From: Negaprion brevirostris
Lineage: Eukaryota
Direction: 5' to 3'
Assembly (NCBI GenBank): GCA_030324005.1
Contig: JARDVH010000193.1
Coordinates: forward strand, 95,988,751 to 96,052,750
DNA length: 64,000 bases
The position numbers and the translations under genes were made by a program. Below, piece after piece: positions 25,693 through 38,165 of this stretch; position 1 is the stretch's first letter, and the number at the start of each line of letters is the position of its first letter. The notes under the pieces are model-generated. The model was not told where the DNA came from, did not search any database, and was given only the letters and a program-made list of their open reading frames with translations.

Positions 25693-25845
25693 CACTGCCA
25701 CCCTCAATTCCACTCACGGGGTAGGATTCTCCGACTGTACTCACCCCAAAACCAAAGAATCCCGCCCGAGTTCAATGAACCTTTGCAGGGTTTGCCCTCC
25801 ACCTGCTATAATTCCAGTGGCAGGCAGGACGGGAGAATTCCATCC
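25693..25845 (+). mobile_element. Harbinger-like MITE, family 1 (next to a gap)
   Basis: aatcccgcccgagttcaatg core; right TIR gggagaattccatcc. Confidence 0.65.
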
Positions 25846-26785
25846 ATGATGTCTACTATTCTTCAAAGCTGTTCACTATTATTTTGTTGTGAATATTGGA
25901 CTTAGAAGGCTATTTGTAAGCAGAGATTACCAGTAATTATTAGTCACACACCGCACTCTTCCTTGTTAATCCTTCCAAGTGCATCCTGATGATCATTAAG
26001 ACGATATTATGAAACAGGTGAACTGTTACTCTATTGAAGTATTTCCCCGTGTATTTGTATACAGCCTTCACAGGTTTATCTTCAACGGACACGTTGGGGG
26101 AAGAGAGGATGGTGAATCTATTCTACTTCTTTTATGTCCAAAGTAGAATTTATTCCCTTGAAATCACATCTTCAATTTTGTGACTTCAACAGAAACTTTT
26201 CATCTCATTAATTTTATTTTGAAAAATCTCATAAATTACTTTTATTTCTCCCCTCCCCACACAGCTCTGGGATGATTGAGTAAATGGTCGCGGGCACCAT
26301 CATTGCGAGTCTTTACTTAACGTAGCAGTGTGGAATGATCCTCCTTTTCTAGTGGAATAATTTTACCCCACCCCTGAAAATCAGAATAAAAATGCTGGAA
26401 CTATCTTTTGAGACAGATGGATATAAATGTCTGCGAAGACATGCATTTTGACTTGTCTTTTCTAATTGGAAATAGAATACTTTAGGCTGAACCTATATTA
26501 TACATCATCCAAGCACTTAGCAGGTAGATTGTTGGTCTGGTTCAATGAATTATACCATGGCTTTTTTGCACTGATGTGCAGATAAACTTCAACACATCAA
26601 CTTAAAACTGTTAGAATATAGTGCTTTAGCTTTACAGCTTTCAGATAGCATTTTATTATTAACTCTTGAGTAGATGACACTAATCAATTACAGGTATAAT
26701 GTATTTTAACAATCTTCCACACTACAATAGACAAAATCACTGTCTTTCAAATAGTGACATGTTATTTTCATCATTTGTTTGTTAG

Positions 26786-26917
26786 GTTTAACTGCTGCAG
26801 CAATGGCTGAAGCGATGAAGTTACAAAAACTGAAACTTGCGACGATGAATAATCTCCATGGTAACGGTAGTCAAAATGGCACTGAGTCTGAGAATGAAGA
26901 ACTGAATTCTAACACAG
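26786..26917 (+). CDS. DACH2: Internal coding exon of Dachshund homolog 2 (region C-terminal to the DD1/SKI-SNO box)
   Basis: Acceptor ttttcatcatttgtttgttAG at 26784-85 and donor CAG|GTGAGT at 26917/26918; 132 nt, phase 1-1. Translates (G)LTAAAMAEAMKLQKLKLATMNNLHGNGSQNGTESENEELNSNT(G). This closely matches recalled vertebrate DACH2 (TAAAMAEAMKLQKMKLMAMNTLQGNGSQNGTESEPDDLNSNTG) and lacks the poly-Ala expansion of the equivalent DACH1 exon. Confidence 0.93.
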
Positions 26918-27739
26918 GTGAGTTCCCAGTCCGTAAGTATAAGCTACTCAAAGACAAAAGTTATTTGGAGTTAGTTTGCCATGAATAGTTATCGTCGTAT
27001 CTTTAACACAATGTGTCTATCACAGTGCCATCATGGCAGCTGTATCCTGCCAAAAATCTACTACTTTGCAAAATCTCACTCTCAAAGTCCGCCCAGAATC
27101 TGCTGCAAAAGCAAACATAAGTTTGTGGCACTTGATGTTATGAGTGTATTAAAAAGCAACCCAGAAATTTGCAGCAAGGCAGAGGTACAAGATGAATTGC
27201 CAGAATGCAGTTCCATCCTTGATCTCACAAAAACTTGGACCTTGCAGTCAACCTCCCCATGAATCTTATGAAATTGTTGGACTTGGGCAAGTATGAATCA
27301 AACTCAGTAGTTAGAGCTGCTATTTCATCATACAAGACCAAGGTTAAGAGGATAATTTATGATCGGCCCAGAAAGAGAACAGTCAAAACTGAGGAGTGTC
27401 ACTCTTGCAGGTAATAAACTGTTCATAGAGATTTCTTTAAATGTTGGCTTCTAGAGATGTATTTCTTCTTTTTGGTCTCTTTTTCTATCTCTTAATCCAA
27501 ACTTTATTTCTCCTTTTATTTCTTTTGCTGTCTTATTGGATTCTATTTCTTCCTCTTTCATTTCCTCTTTTTTTTTCTCTTCATCCTTAAAATCATTGGC
27601 TAAGGAGATAGACTTTTGGTAACATCATTCATTAAGATTCTAGACGTTCTGCTTTCTCGACTTTACCATTACTATTCGCAATTTGCAGAACAAAAATTAT
27701 TGAGGAAAAAGTTCCAACTCATTCTCACAGACAAATTTT

Positions 27740-27890
27740 GGGCCAAAATCTTTTCAACATCTATAGCTGGGATTTTCCAGCCACGCTCGGCCCGAAAGCA
27801 GAAAATCCCGCCCAAGGTCAACAGATCTTTCCCTGGTTCATCCTTTGCCCACGACGATTCCTGTGGCGGGTGGAACAGAAAATTTCACCC
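27740..27890 (+). mobile_element. Harbinger-like MITE, family 1
   Basis: gctgggattttcc...gaaaatcccgcccaaggtcaa...gaaaatttcaccc. Confidence 0.75.
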
Positions 27891-28329
27891 TCATGTGTTG
27901 TAATGCTTCCAAACATTAAAAAAATTAGGACAGGCAGTCTGATTACAGAATACAGATTGCATCTCACTATCTGATAAAGCAGGTTGTTCTTGAAATTCTT
28001 CCAGCAGTCGTGTCTCCATCAGGAAATATTGAGTAACAAAGACAATCTATTGGATTGATCACAAACTATTGGATTAACTGAACTGATGAACTGCCAACTT
28101 TCTAAAAGGTCCACAGTTTTCCATGGTGTGCATAAATCTTTAGGCACAGAAAGATATGTAAAAGATGCAGGTCAAAGTGAATACATAAAAACATTAATCG
28201 ATAGTTCAAAATCCTTTTCACCAAATTCATGTTTTTTTGGCATTTTCACTAACCAGGCTTAATTGTCAGAGCATAAAGAATCAAATGAACAGTTAACATT
28301 AATATTGATAAATTCGTAAATTTTATACA

Positions 28330-28585
28330 GTACCAGCGACTCGGGTTTGATTCCAGCCTTGGATGAATGTGCGGAGTTTACACATTTTCCCCGTGTCGTG
28401 TGGGTTTCCTCCCACAGTCCAAAAATGTGCAGATTAGGTTGATTGGCCTTGCTAAATTGCCCCTTACTGCCAGGGGAACTAGCAGGGGAAATGCATGGGG
28501 TTACGGAGATAGGGTCTGGGTGAGATTGTGGTTGGTGCACACTTGATCGGCCAAATGGCCTCCTTCTGTACTGTTGGGATTCTAG
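28330..28585 (+). mobile_element. HE1/V-SINE-like SINE, 5'-truncated, CR1-type tail (type A)
   Basis: V-domain gtgggtttcctcccacagtccaaaaatgtg; tail ggccaaatggcctccttctgtactg. Confidence 0.85.
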
Positions 28586-29766
28586 GATCTTGAACGCAAT
28601 ATATGCTTAAAGAACAGTGTTCTAAGAAATAAAATGGCATGACATTTAAATGTCTTGGGATTCAAGAAGGTTTGTCGAAAAGCAAATTGCCAAATGAAAT
28701 CATTGCAATAAAACTCAGGACCCAGCTATACAGAACACTAGGGGCTGGAAGTTGAACCTTTATAGTGGAGCAGACGCCAGAAATTCTCACCCAAACTCAG
28801 TAGACCATTTGCTGGTTTATCAAATTTTCCATCCCACCACAACAATTACTGCAGTGGATGGGACTGAAAACTCCACCCTAGATTCCTGAGAAAATCAGGG
28901 GATAAAGTTTCAAAAGAAGACAGGAAAGCAAGAAGCAGAGGATGTGGAAATAGTTGAGAACATAAAGTGAAGATANNNNNNNNNNNNNNNNNNNNNNNNN
29001 NNNNNNNNNNNNNNNNNNNNNNNNNNNNNNNNNNNNNNNNNNNNNNNNNNNNNNNNNNNNNNNNNNNNNNNNNNNGTAGAAATTGAGGAAATAGGTGAGA
29101 GACCATGCAGTCTCTGAGAGTGGATTGTGGAGCAGACTAAAGACAGCATAGATTGTAAAGGGAATAAAACAAGTGAAAAATGGAGACTATGGGTAGACAG
29201 AGATAGGTACCGGAGACAGATACTGGAGAATCAGGGGAAAACAGTACACACTCAAATGAGAACCAGGTTGAGAGAGGAGAATAGACATTGGAATAAACTG
29301 CAAAGGGGAGAGATGTGGATATTGAGGAGATTTGGAATGAATGAAAGTGAGATATCATTGCATATTTTAATTGTGAAGATCAGATTAAATTTAAAAACAA
29401 ATGATAACATCTCAACGACAGTACAAATATTGATACATCATTTGTGTCATTTCATCATTGACTCGAACAAAGTAAAGTACTGCTGCATTTGGGAATTAGT
29501 AAGTAGTTTATAGCAAGGTTTTTCATGGGACTAAACCAGATAGAACACAAACCACTACTTCTGGCTTCACTCACATCTCATTAAAATTATCTATTTAAGT
29601 AAACTATTGTACAGTTATGTGCAAGGCACATTCTCATTAGCTGCTATTGATTTTAGAGTTTAACTATTTCCAGGTTGATGGACAGAGAAAAATGTCTGCC
29701 GCTGCATCAGCCGGCTACATCCCCCTGCTGCCTTGTAGTTTTCTGTTGACTATCTTTGCTACTACT

Positions 29767-29980
29767 GGGGGTCAGTTAGCTGAATTGGCTGGATGGCAGG
29801 TTCTTGGCAAAGCCAACAGCAGGGTTTCAATTCCCCTACTGGCTAAGGTTATCCAAGAATGCCCCACCTTCACAACCTTGCCCTTCATCTAAGGTTTGGC
29901 GATCCTCAGATTAAATCACCAACAGTCACCTCTCTCAAAGGAGAGAGCAGTCTATGGTCCTTTGGGACTGTGGCATCTTT
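29767..29980 (+). mobile_element. tRNA-derived SINE of a third family
   Basis: A box tagctgaattgg and B box gggtttcaattcc with tRNA-like spacing; ends ctatggtcctttgggactgtggcatcttt. Confidence 0.6.
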
Positions 29981-30310
29981 TTGTTTTGCTATGCTACTGC
30001 GTAGAAATTGGCTGAAGAAAGCTGTTGTCCTCAAAAGTATTTTCACCTGAAAACTGTTACAGTACTACTCCACTGATAAAATAATGCAAATGGAATTGTA
30101 GTAAGAAGTAGTTCTGTAAAAGCTGTGTGTAAAGTGTGCAATAATATAGATTAAAAAAATTTAAGTTCTGGGGAGAAAAAATTGAAAAAAAGAAAAAAAA
30201 TGTTCACAAGTACACCTTAAGTACTTGTGTGCACACACTGGTCTTATTTGGCTTAATTTCTTAATTATATCCCTTTGCATCGAAGTGTGTAACAGAACAA
30301 AGTACTGTGC

Positions 30311-30870
30311 TTTGATTTGATTTGATTTATTATTGCCACTTGCATTTGCATTTGGTGAAAAGTATAGTTCCTCGTGTGCTACACAAAGCATACCATTCAT
30401 AAAGAAGGAAATGAGAGAGTGCAGAAGGTAGTGTTAAAGCCATAGCTAGCCATAGTAGAGAAAGATCAACTTAATGCAAGGTAGGTCCATTCAAACACCT
30501 GACAGCAGTAGGGAAGAAGCTTGTCTTGAGTAGGTTGGTATGTGACCTCAGACTTTTGTATCTTCTTCCCAATGGAAAATGGTGATGGAGAGAATGTCTG
30601 GGGTGTGTGAGGCCCTTAATTATGCTGGCTACTTTGCCGAGGTAGCGGGAAGTGTAGACAGAGTCAATGGATGGAGGCTGGTTTGCCTGATGGATTGGGC
30701 TACATTAACAATCTTTTGTCATTTCTTGCGGTCTTGGGCAGTACAGGAGCCATACCAAACTGTGACACAACCAGAAAGAATGCTTTCTGTGGTACATCTG
30801 TAAAAGTTGGTGAGAGTCGTAGCTGAGATGCCAAATTTCCTTAGACTTCTGAGAAAGTAGAGCATTTGCT
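30311..30870 (-). mobile_element. Rex1/Babar-type LINE 3' end
   Basis: Reverse complement of 14250-14822, including the (tttga)n tail. Confidence 0.85.
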
Positions 30871-32691
30871 GGAATGTAAGCCAGCCATAGGGGAGGTTTA
30901 AGGGATGAATGGCAGCAGCAGCTGATTTTCCAGTCCCATCCTCTCCAAGAACAGTATATTTTAGAATTATTACAAGTGGAACTTGCCTTTCTGATTGCTG
31001 AACACAACTGCGTCAGAGTCAGATGGTAGAATGCGAGTGATTCCAATGTATCATGGTCAAGCAAATGATGGATTTGGTAGGATTAGAATTAATTCTCAGT
31101 TGCCACATTAAACAAGGTGCAAGTTTATTTTGAACTGGCTTTTGCATTGAGTGACACTGAATTAAGGTTGAATTCAATGTAACAATATAGTAGCATAATG
31201 CGAATGGTTTTGATTATTGGAAACGTGTATTAAAATTATCTTCCCATGCACAAGATGTACAAAATCTCCAAATCCTTATTTGTACTGAATGGAAATCTTC
31301 CTGGTTTCAGCTTTTGACTTCACGGAACAGCCAGGTTAATGGATTATAGCATCAGTAAAATTGTCAATAATTTATTATCAACTTATATACTCTGAGCCCC
31401 AAGTATGAAATATTCCAAAAGTTCTCAAACCTACTATTTTGATTAATTGCCTTATCAGTTACAGATCATCTTCCTTTGTGTTAAATAGCACAGTTCATTG
31501 AACAGTATCTGTTTGAGCGTTCACTGGAGTGGCTAGGAAGCTCAGCCTTGAGTAGTTTTTACTTCGACTATCGTAGTCTTGGTCTTTATTTAATGGTTTC
31601 TGCATGATTCTGCATTGCCATTCCCCGATGACTAACAACCTGTTACAATTCTGCGATACTCCAAATTCAAAATACCATGCTTTATTGTTTTAGTAAATTG
31701 CTTTCAATTTATTGCTGCCTGTGCTTTGTAATCCATAAAACATTAAGACTGGTGTGCACGGTTACATAAAAATATTTCATTGATTGGTCCTGCTACCTGC
31801 CATAAGAACAGAGTTAGGTGTAAGGTTCCATACTTTATTGTTACCCTAACAGTGTTCCTGTAGGAGTTTGGTTGGAAACAAATTGCATAAGCAATCCCAA
31901 CCTATTTTCATAAGCACACAATGGGGGATTTGTTTTTCTGTTTGCAAGAGGAGCAAAGCACCTCCAGTGATATAATTTTATTTCATCTTATTTGCCTTTA
32001 TTGCAATAAAACAAAAGCCTCCAGTTAGGTGCAGTGGTTATCATAGGGACTGTCAAGTATGGCTTTAGACAATCTTACCCTTTGATAATAAGTTTATTTA
32101 AAGTAAAAAATGAAGCTGAATGAACGGGTAAATAGTAGGAGCACATTTTGTCATCTGTAATAAGTTAACCAGGTTGCAAGTCTATGATTGTTTCATTTTA
32201 TGCTTACTGGTTAGCATCAAACAATGAAGAGCATTTTGGAGGCGCCAGATCAATATAAATTCACTGGTTGCCACAGGGCACCAGCCGAGCCCAAGAATGA
32301 GCAGCGTATGTGGGTCAGGTGGTAAATCTGCAACCAGATTAACCTATTAGGATCACAATTGCATTGCTCCCTGAAGGAGAAAGGTTTTTGTTATTCGACC
32401 TCTGATCATAACGAACAAATAAAAATGAATGCACATCATATCAATTACAGTTAGTGATACCAAGGAATTGTTCAATGAGGATCCACACTTTAATGACCAT
32501 GTCGACAGGGACTTCTCGTAAAATATTTTAAAAATAATTTTGGCATTTCTCTCCTAACTGGTTTTCTTCCAGCTGACTTGGGTCTTCTGAACTTTCTAGA
32601 AAGAATGAGAGGGTCTTAATAAAGACCGTTTGGATTGGTTTGTGTCCAGCTACTCCACTAGAAATAAACATTGCAGATCCTCCATCCTACT

Positions 32692-32827
32692 GGGCCGGAT
32701 TCTGCGACCTCACTGGCGGTTGTGATTTTCCCATCTCGCTGCAGTGAACGGAGATTGGGCCGGGCGCCAATTTCTTTGACTTTGCTGCAGCGGGAGCATG
32801 GCGTGCACAGCTAGTAAGATCTCGCCC
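32692..32827 (+). mobile_element. Harbinger-like MITE, family 2, with ACT TSD
   Basis: act|gggccggattct...agatctcgccc|act. Confidence 0.8.
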
Positions 32828-33451
32828 ACTGTCTTTTCACAACATTATCACTTCTGAACTGTCACCCATATTTTGCCTCAGTGTTAACAAAGGAAATGGA
32901 TATTGGGATTGAATGATCACCGAATATGGGTGTAGATTTGCTATTAGGGATCATTATTCCAAAAAGAAATAAATGAGACTAAAAGATTATTCAGATTTTA
33001 AGGTGGAAATGCCATAGGGACCTGGCCGACCTGCGGATACTGAAAAAGGTCGTGCAGAAGTGACAGAGGCTCTGATTGTGGAATCATCGCCCAGCTAGTC
33101 TCCTAAGAGAGTCTGTGATACAGGATGACAGTCAGCCATGAGGCAGTCAAGGGGTGGAGAAAAGTGCTTCAGAGGATGGACTGAGTATCAAATGCTTATA
33201 TAGAAGCTGGTCTCAAGGATGCTGCTACTAAGGAACGGCATGTAAATGAGATAAAAGACAGGACCAAGGATCGATCCTTGTGGGGCTGTGGAGCTCAAGA
33301 CGTTAAGAAAGTAGGGGAGCCATTGCTGGAGATGCACTGGTGCACACAGGAAACGTGGTTGAGGATTACAGAGTCAACTATACTGAACTGTTCAGAGTAG
33401 GGAGGAGGGTGAGGAAGAACAGGCATCATCAACATAATAATCAAACATGTC

Positions 33452-34265
33452 TGGCGTGATTTTCCTGGCCTGCTGTTCTGGTTTAGTAGTGGGCAATTTC
33501 AGTGGGACACAAAAAAAAATGGGATTTGTGCCCAGCAGGTCTCGATCTTCCCAGGCCATTTTTTATGACAAGATCAGCCTCGCACCCGAGAAAGGTGTGA
33601 AGCTGATTTAAATATTTTTAGGTCATTTACATCTGTTTAGCAAACCCCGGATGCTATTGCCTGGGTTCACTTAGGTTTCTGACCTCGCCAGTGAAAGTTC
33701 CCACCAGTGAGGATCACAGCTGGTCCCCAGAAACAGGGGTCAGACATGATGGCCCCACCAGTGAAAATGGAGGCCCCTGAGACCCCTCCGGGAGGTCAGT
33801 AGCAGGGGAGGCAGTGCCAGACTGGCACTGCCAGCCTGGCACCGTGGCACTGCCCACCAGGCAGTATCAAGGGGGCCAGGGCCCAAGGGTGGGAAGTGAG
33901 ACAGAGGGGACTTCTGCATCTGGAGGGGGGTGTGGGGGGGGGGGGGTAGGGGGAGAGGGGGCTCGTGGNNNNNNNNNNNNNNNNNNNNNNNNNNNNNNNN
34001 NNNNNNNNNNNNNNNNNNNNNNNNNNNNNNNNNNNNNNNNNNNNNNNNNNNNNNNNNNNNNNNNNNNNGGGGGGTAGGGGGAGAGGGGGCTAGTGGTGGA
34101 AGGGGCATTGACTGATCTCCCATATAATGTACAGACTTGCACACAGTGGGTGGAATTTTCCCAGAAACATTCTAAGGCAGTGATCTTACCCTTCATCCTG
34201 CTGTCCGATGAGTGGGGCGAGCTGGTAAGATCGTGAGAGAGTCGAGAGATCAGATTCACGCCCAT
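33452..34265 (+). mobile_element. Composite of Harbinger-like non-autonomous elements with G-rich tracts around a gap
   Basis: TIR-like starts ggcgtgattttcc (33453) and gggtggaattttccc (34148); interior homologous to 9173-9660. Confidence 0.5.
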
Positions 34266-34949
34266 CATTTGTGTCTTCAATTAGGAACATTTTGGAGCTT
34301 CAATGGAGACGTGGGGAGGTAGGGATAAAGTTGGAATTAAATATTTTCTTAAAGGTCAAAGAGCTAAACCTCAAGCCTAAAGAATGACATTGAGACAGTG
34401 GTAACAGTCATTCTGAATACCAAAGTAACAAGGGTCTAGCCACTCTTTAATTCAATGTATAACCTAAACTTGCCTCCTATGTATTTATAAAGCCAATAAG
34501 CAAGTGTAGAGACAGGCAATGATAGGAAAGCCAAGAATGGGTTTTATTTTTGTGGACAGAGGCTATCTTACAATGATTCCTAATGGTCTTGACAAATAAA
34601 GCAAAGGAACAGCTCTAACAAAATGTCCAATATGCAGCGCAACCTGTCTGTCAGTCAGTGACTCTGCATCATGCATGTGGGCTGTTTTCTAATGATTGGA
34701 GTGTGCAGACACGTTTCAAAATGTGTCCGTGGCAAGACTGTCAATATAAGTTGTTTCTTGACTGTGTAACGTGTTGGAACATGAATATGCATGAGAGACA
34801 ATGAAAGAAAATTTCAAGATTATGTGAGGCTGGGGCATGAGCCAGCAGAAAAGTTGCAGCCATGTTTGTGACAGGTTGATGGTAATATTTTGGAGTGAGC
34901 ATGCTTGAGCATTGATCAAATGAACAATATAGCTGGGCACAGTTACCTT

Positions 34950-35400
34950 GGCATCTTCCTCCACATCCTTGCCCAGATTATATGAGCAGCGTAAACAGAA
35001 GTTTGCACCGGTGGCACCTCCTAGTAGGCATGCTGCATTGCTGCCTTTTAGGAACTGTATCCTGGATGGCCAATTGGAACAACTTTTCTCTCATCCTATG
35101 TCTATTCTGCAGAATCTTCACCTTGTCAATCATTGGAACAGATGATTTGAATCTGTGCCACTCTATCCCTTTCCCATCAGTTCGGTTTGCTGTTTCTATA
35201 TCTGTTGGATCATTCTTTAATTTTTGGCCAGTTGCTATTTTTGCTTGAAGCCTTTGGGGAAGCTTCATTGCCTGAGTTTGCTTACCTTAGCAATGACTAC
35301 ATTGCTTTCAGTGTTGGCTGCAGCTTTGGTACGGCTGATGGCAGATGCAATTATAATATCTCACGCCAAGGAACCTGGACTTGGGGCTCATTGGGAGTAC
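34950..35400 (-). mobile_element. Possible decayed RTE-clade LINE ORF C-terminus
   Basis: Minus ORF KLPQRLQAKIATGQK...RRCHRCKLLF resembles the RLPKxxLxGELxxGKR...CxxC end of RTE ORFs. Weak match. Confidence 0.35.
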
Positions 35401-37583
35401 TTAAGAGGTGCTAACCTCAGGAGACAGCTGTCTAATACAGTAATCTCGGCATTCCATTCCCAGCACCTTCACGCCAGGATGGAAAAATCTACACTGATAT
35501 TCTTTTTTACAAAACAGTGCAAGGCAAGCCCAGTTCCTGGAATGTTAAGTTCAATTCCTGTCCTCCCATTAGTTTGAAACGCAAAATGGCTAAAACAATT
35601 TCCACTTCCATCATGACTGTTAATCTCCACAGAATCTGAAAATAGCCCCTAGTTTCAAGGAGAAAAATATTCATTTACTCCTGGTGTAAAAATTTGCATT
35701 GCGTTCACTCAATTTAATGTTACTTTTAAAAGATCTCATGCTAACAAATACAAAGGGGAGTTGCAGTGACTGTTGATAGCTTGCATGCTGCCAATTAGAT
35801 CCTGATTACAATGTAAAAATACTGTACAGGATTGATTGAAAAACAGGGAGTTCAGATAAAGTTTGAAAATAGGGAGTTCCTACGGAAGTCACTGCATTAA
35901 GCTGTTTTTTTACATCACAAGCCGATGGCTTTTTCTCCCACAGTATAATCATCCTTGATCATGTGATAATTTTAACCTCTTGCCCTCTACAATCCAACCA
36001 TAGACACAAAATACGATAATCTATGAATATTTATGTGCCTCTGTCAAAACATACAATCTTTTTTTGATTTAAGAAAGTAGCACAAACTTCCCATATTACA
36101 GAAGTGATGACCTTTCCAAAGTACTTCATTGACTATAAAATGCCCTGGGAGGTATTGCGATGGTGAAAGGTGATATATAAATGGAAGTTTTCTCAAATCT
36201 TGTAAATATATCGCTGAGGTTTAGTTATATAGCTCCAATAGGTACTTTTGCAATTACGATGCACTTGTTTAAGAGAATTGCTTGTAGCATGGTTTGTCCA
36301 CTCAGTTTGCCAGACAAGGCACTGGCAGCAGTCAGTAAGGCAGCAGTTCACAAGATCCATGAAAATTAGACCTCCACTGCCACTGCAACATGCAGAGTGA
36401 GGAGATTTATATTTCTAAGTGCAGCTGATGACAGAAGAACTACATATTGACAGCTCAATCTGCCACTAAAGTAAAAAGTATTTTACCATGTAATCTTAGC
36501 CCCCAGGAAATGGAGAATACAGCTCGGGCATCGCAGAAAGACAGCAGCTGAAGATGAAAAAAACTCACTAGCCTCTGATCTACAGGTTTACTTGCTGGGC
36601 AGTCAATTGTAATGGAATCTTGTCAGGGAAAATCAACATCACAAAGGCTACTGCAGTGGGGTTGGGACTAAAGGTTGACATTTTAAAAGAGAATCACATG
36701 TATTATTTAACAAACCACGAACCATGATTGCAGAGCCAGCAAAGAAAAGGTGATGCAGATTAGGCCAGTGATAATGCCTAGGTTGCAATTCATAGCAGAA
36801 CCTTTTTAGCTGTGCACCTGAAATGAATCACTTATTAGCTTCTGACACAGCCACATTTTCCTCATTTTAATTGCACAATAAATGAAGCTTTATAATCCTT
36901 GCACCCGTTTCACACAACTGCCTCTTGCCATGCTTGTCACAAAAACTCAAAATAATTTCCTTCTAAATATTATAACCATTTTAGCTTTGGATAACCTTTC
37001 TAAATTGGCTCTGAATTGAATATTTTGCAAAAGTTGCCAGCACAGAACATTAGGAAAGGAATAGTGTAACTTCAACCTACTCCTATTATCATTATGACTA
37101 ATTTAATAACTTTCATAGCTTTTCTATTTTTGAAGTGGTAGACTTCACAGACTATGTTGGGTAGAAATAGATATACTCTTAGTTAAGTCTGTTTACTTTT
37201 ATTGTATCACCATCATCATCATCCTAAAAATAAATGATCGTCATGATTTATGCATGAATTTCTCAAACTCTGAATTCTGTCATCTCCAAAAAGAATATTC
37301 AAAAATGAATTCCTGCTGGAGGGGCAAGATTTTATTTTGATATAATCAGCATTGCAGTGAAGATAACAGTCTAACAATGGTGCTGTGTGAAGATTAACAT
37401 ACAAGTGTTCGACATGTTGGCTTCGCATTAAATATTTGCATGTTGATCTTCGTATAGTATAATTTCAAGGTCAAAAAGTCAAATTGGAAGATATTGATAG
37501 CACACGATCATTTAGAGCAGACCAAAGTTTTTTCTTAAAAGTTTCTTCCTTAATGTAGTGTTTAACCCAATCTTGTATTCCAT

Positions 37584-37710
37584 GGGTGGAATTTTCCCAT
37601 CTCGCTCGCCACGGGAATAGTAGTAGGCGGGACACAGACCATGCAAAGCACCATTGACCTCGGGTGGGATTTTCTGGACATGGGGTGAGCGTACCCAGAA
37701 AATCCCGTCC
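37584..37710 (-). mobile_element. Harbinger-like MITE, family 1, with CAT TSD
   Basis: cat|gggtggaattttc...ttgacctcgggtgggattttc...gaaaatcccgtcc|cat. Confidence 0.8.
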
Positions 37711-38151
37711 CATGTGTTTCTTAGCCTAAGGTGTAACTGGTGGACTATTGAACTAATTTTGGAGGGAATTTTCTATAAAAATGGTTGCCTCACCACCAGT
37801 CAGATTTTATACTGTATATTCAACAAAACTGTTAACAGTGTGAACATCCTTGCCTTTACCTTATTTCAAAGCTCAGAGTTAAGCCTGTACAAGATCAAAA
37901 AGGTCAAGGAGGAAATGCTGCAATAGAAAGGAAAGAAAATCAAGTGCAGGTTCATGGCTGAAGCTCTGTGATTTTAGTCTCCATTTCCAGTCTTGCTGAT
38001 GCAAATGTATTTTGTTTAATGACCCTGAAATCCTGGTTGTAATTAGATGTGGGAATTGTTCATACTTACAACAGATGATGCTCTTATAATAAAATGAGTG
38101 GTGTTAAGATGGAGCCTGTAAACAGGAGTCAGATTTATATAATCTCATTTT

Positions 38152-38165
38152 GCTGCCATGGCAAC
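38152..38165. promoter_or_regulatory. RFX X-box-like palindrome
   Basis: GCTGCCATGGCAAC matches GTTGCCATGGCAAC at 13 of 14 positions and sits in a repeat-free block. Motif match only. Confidence 0.3.

Noticed and set aside
24833-25744. Long ORFs of 288-398 aa here and at 41125-42432, plus 224 aa at 21899-22573
   Set aside because: They are read-throughs of N-gaps, not real coding sequence.
26779-26988. 69-aa ORF as a stand-alone gene
   Set aside because: Only 26786-26917 is exon; the ends are intronic sequence beyond the splice sites.
29090-29350. 128-aa purine-rich ORF, with a similar GA-rich tract at 51060-51260
   Set aside because: Low-complexity GA-rich sequence that lacks stops because of its composition.
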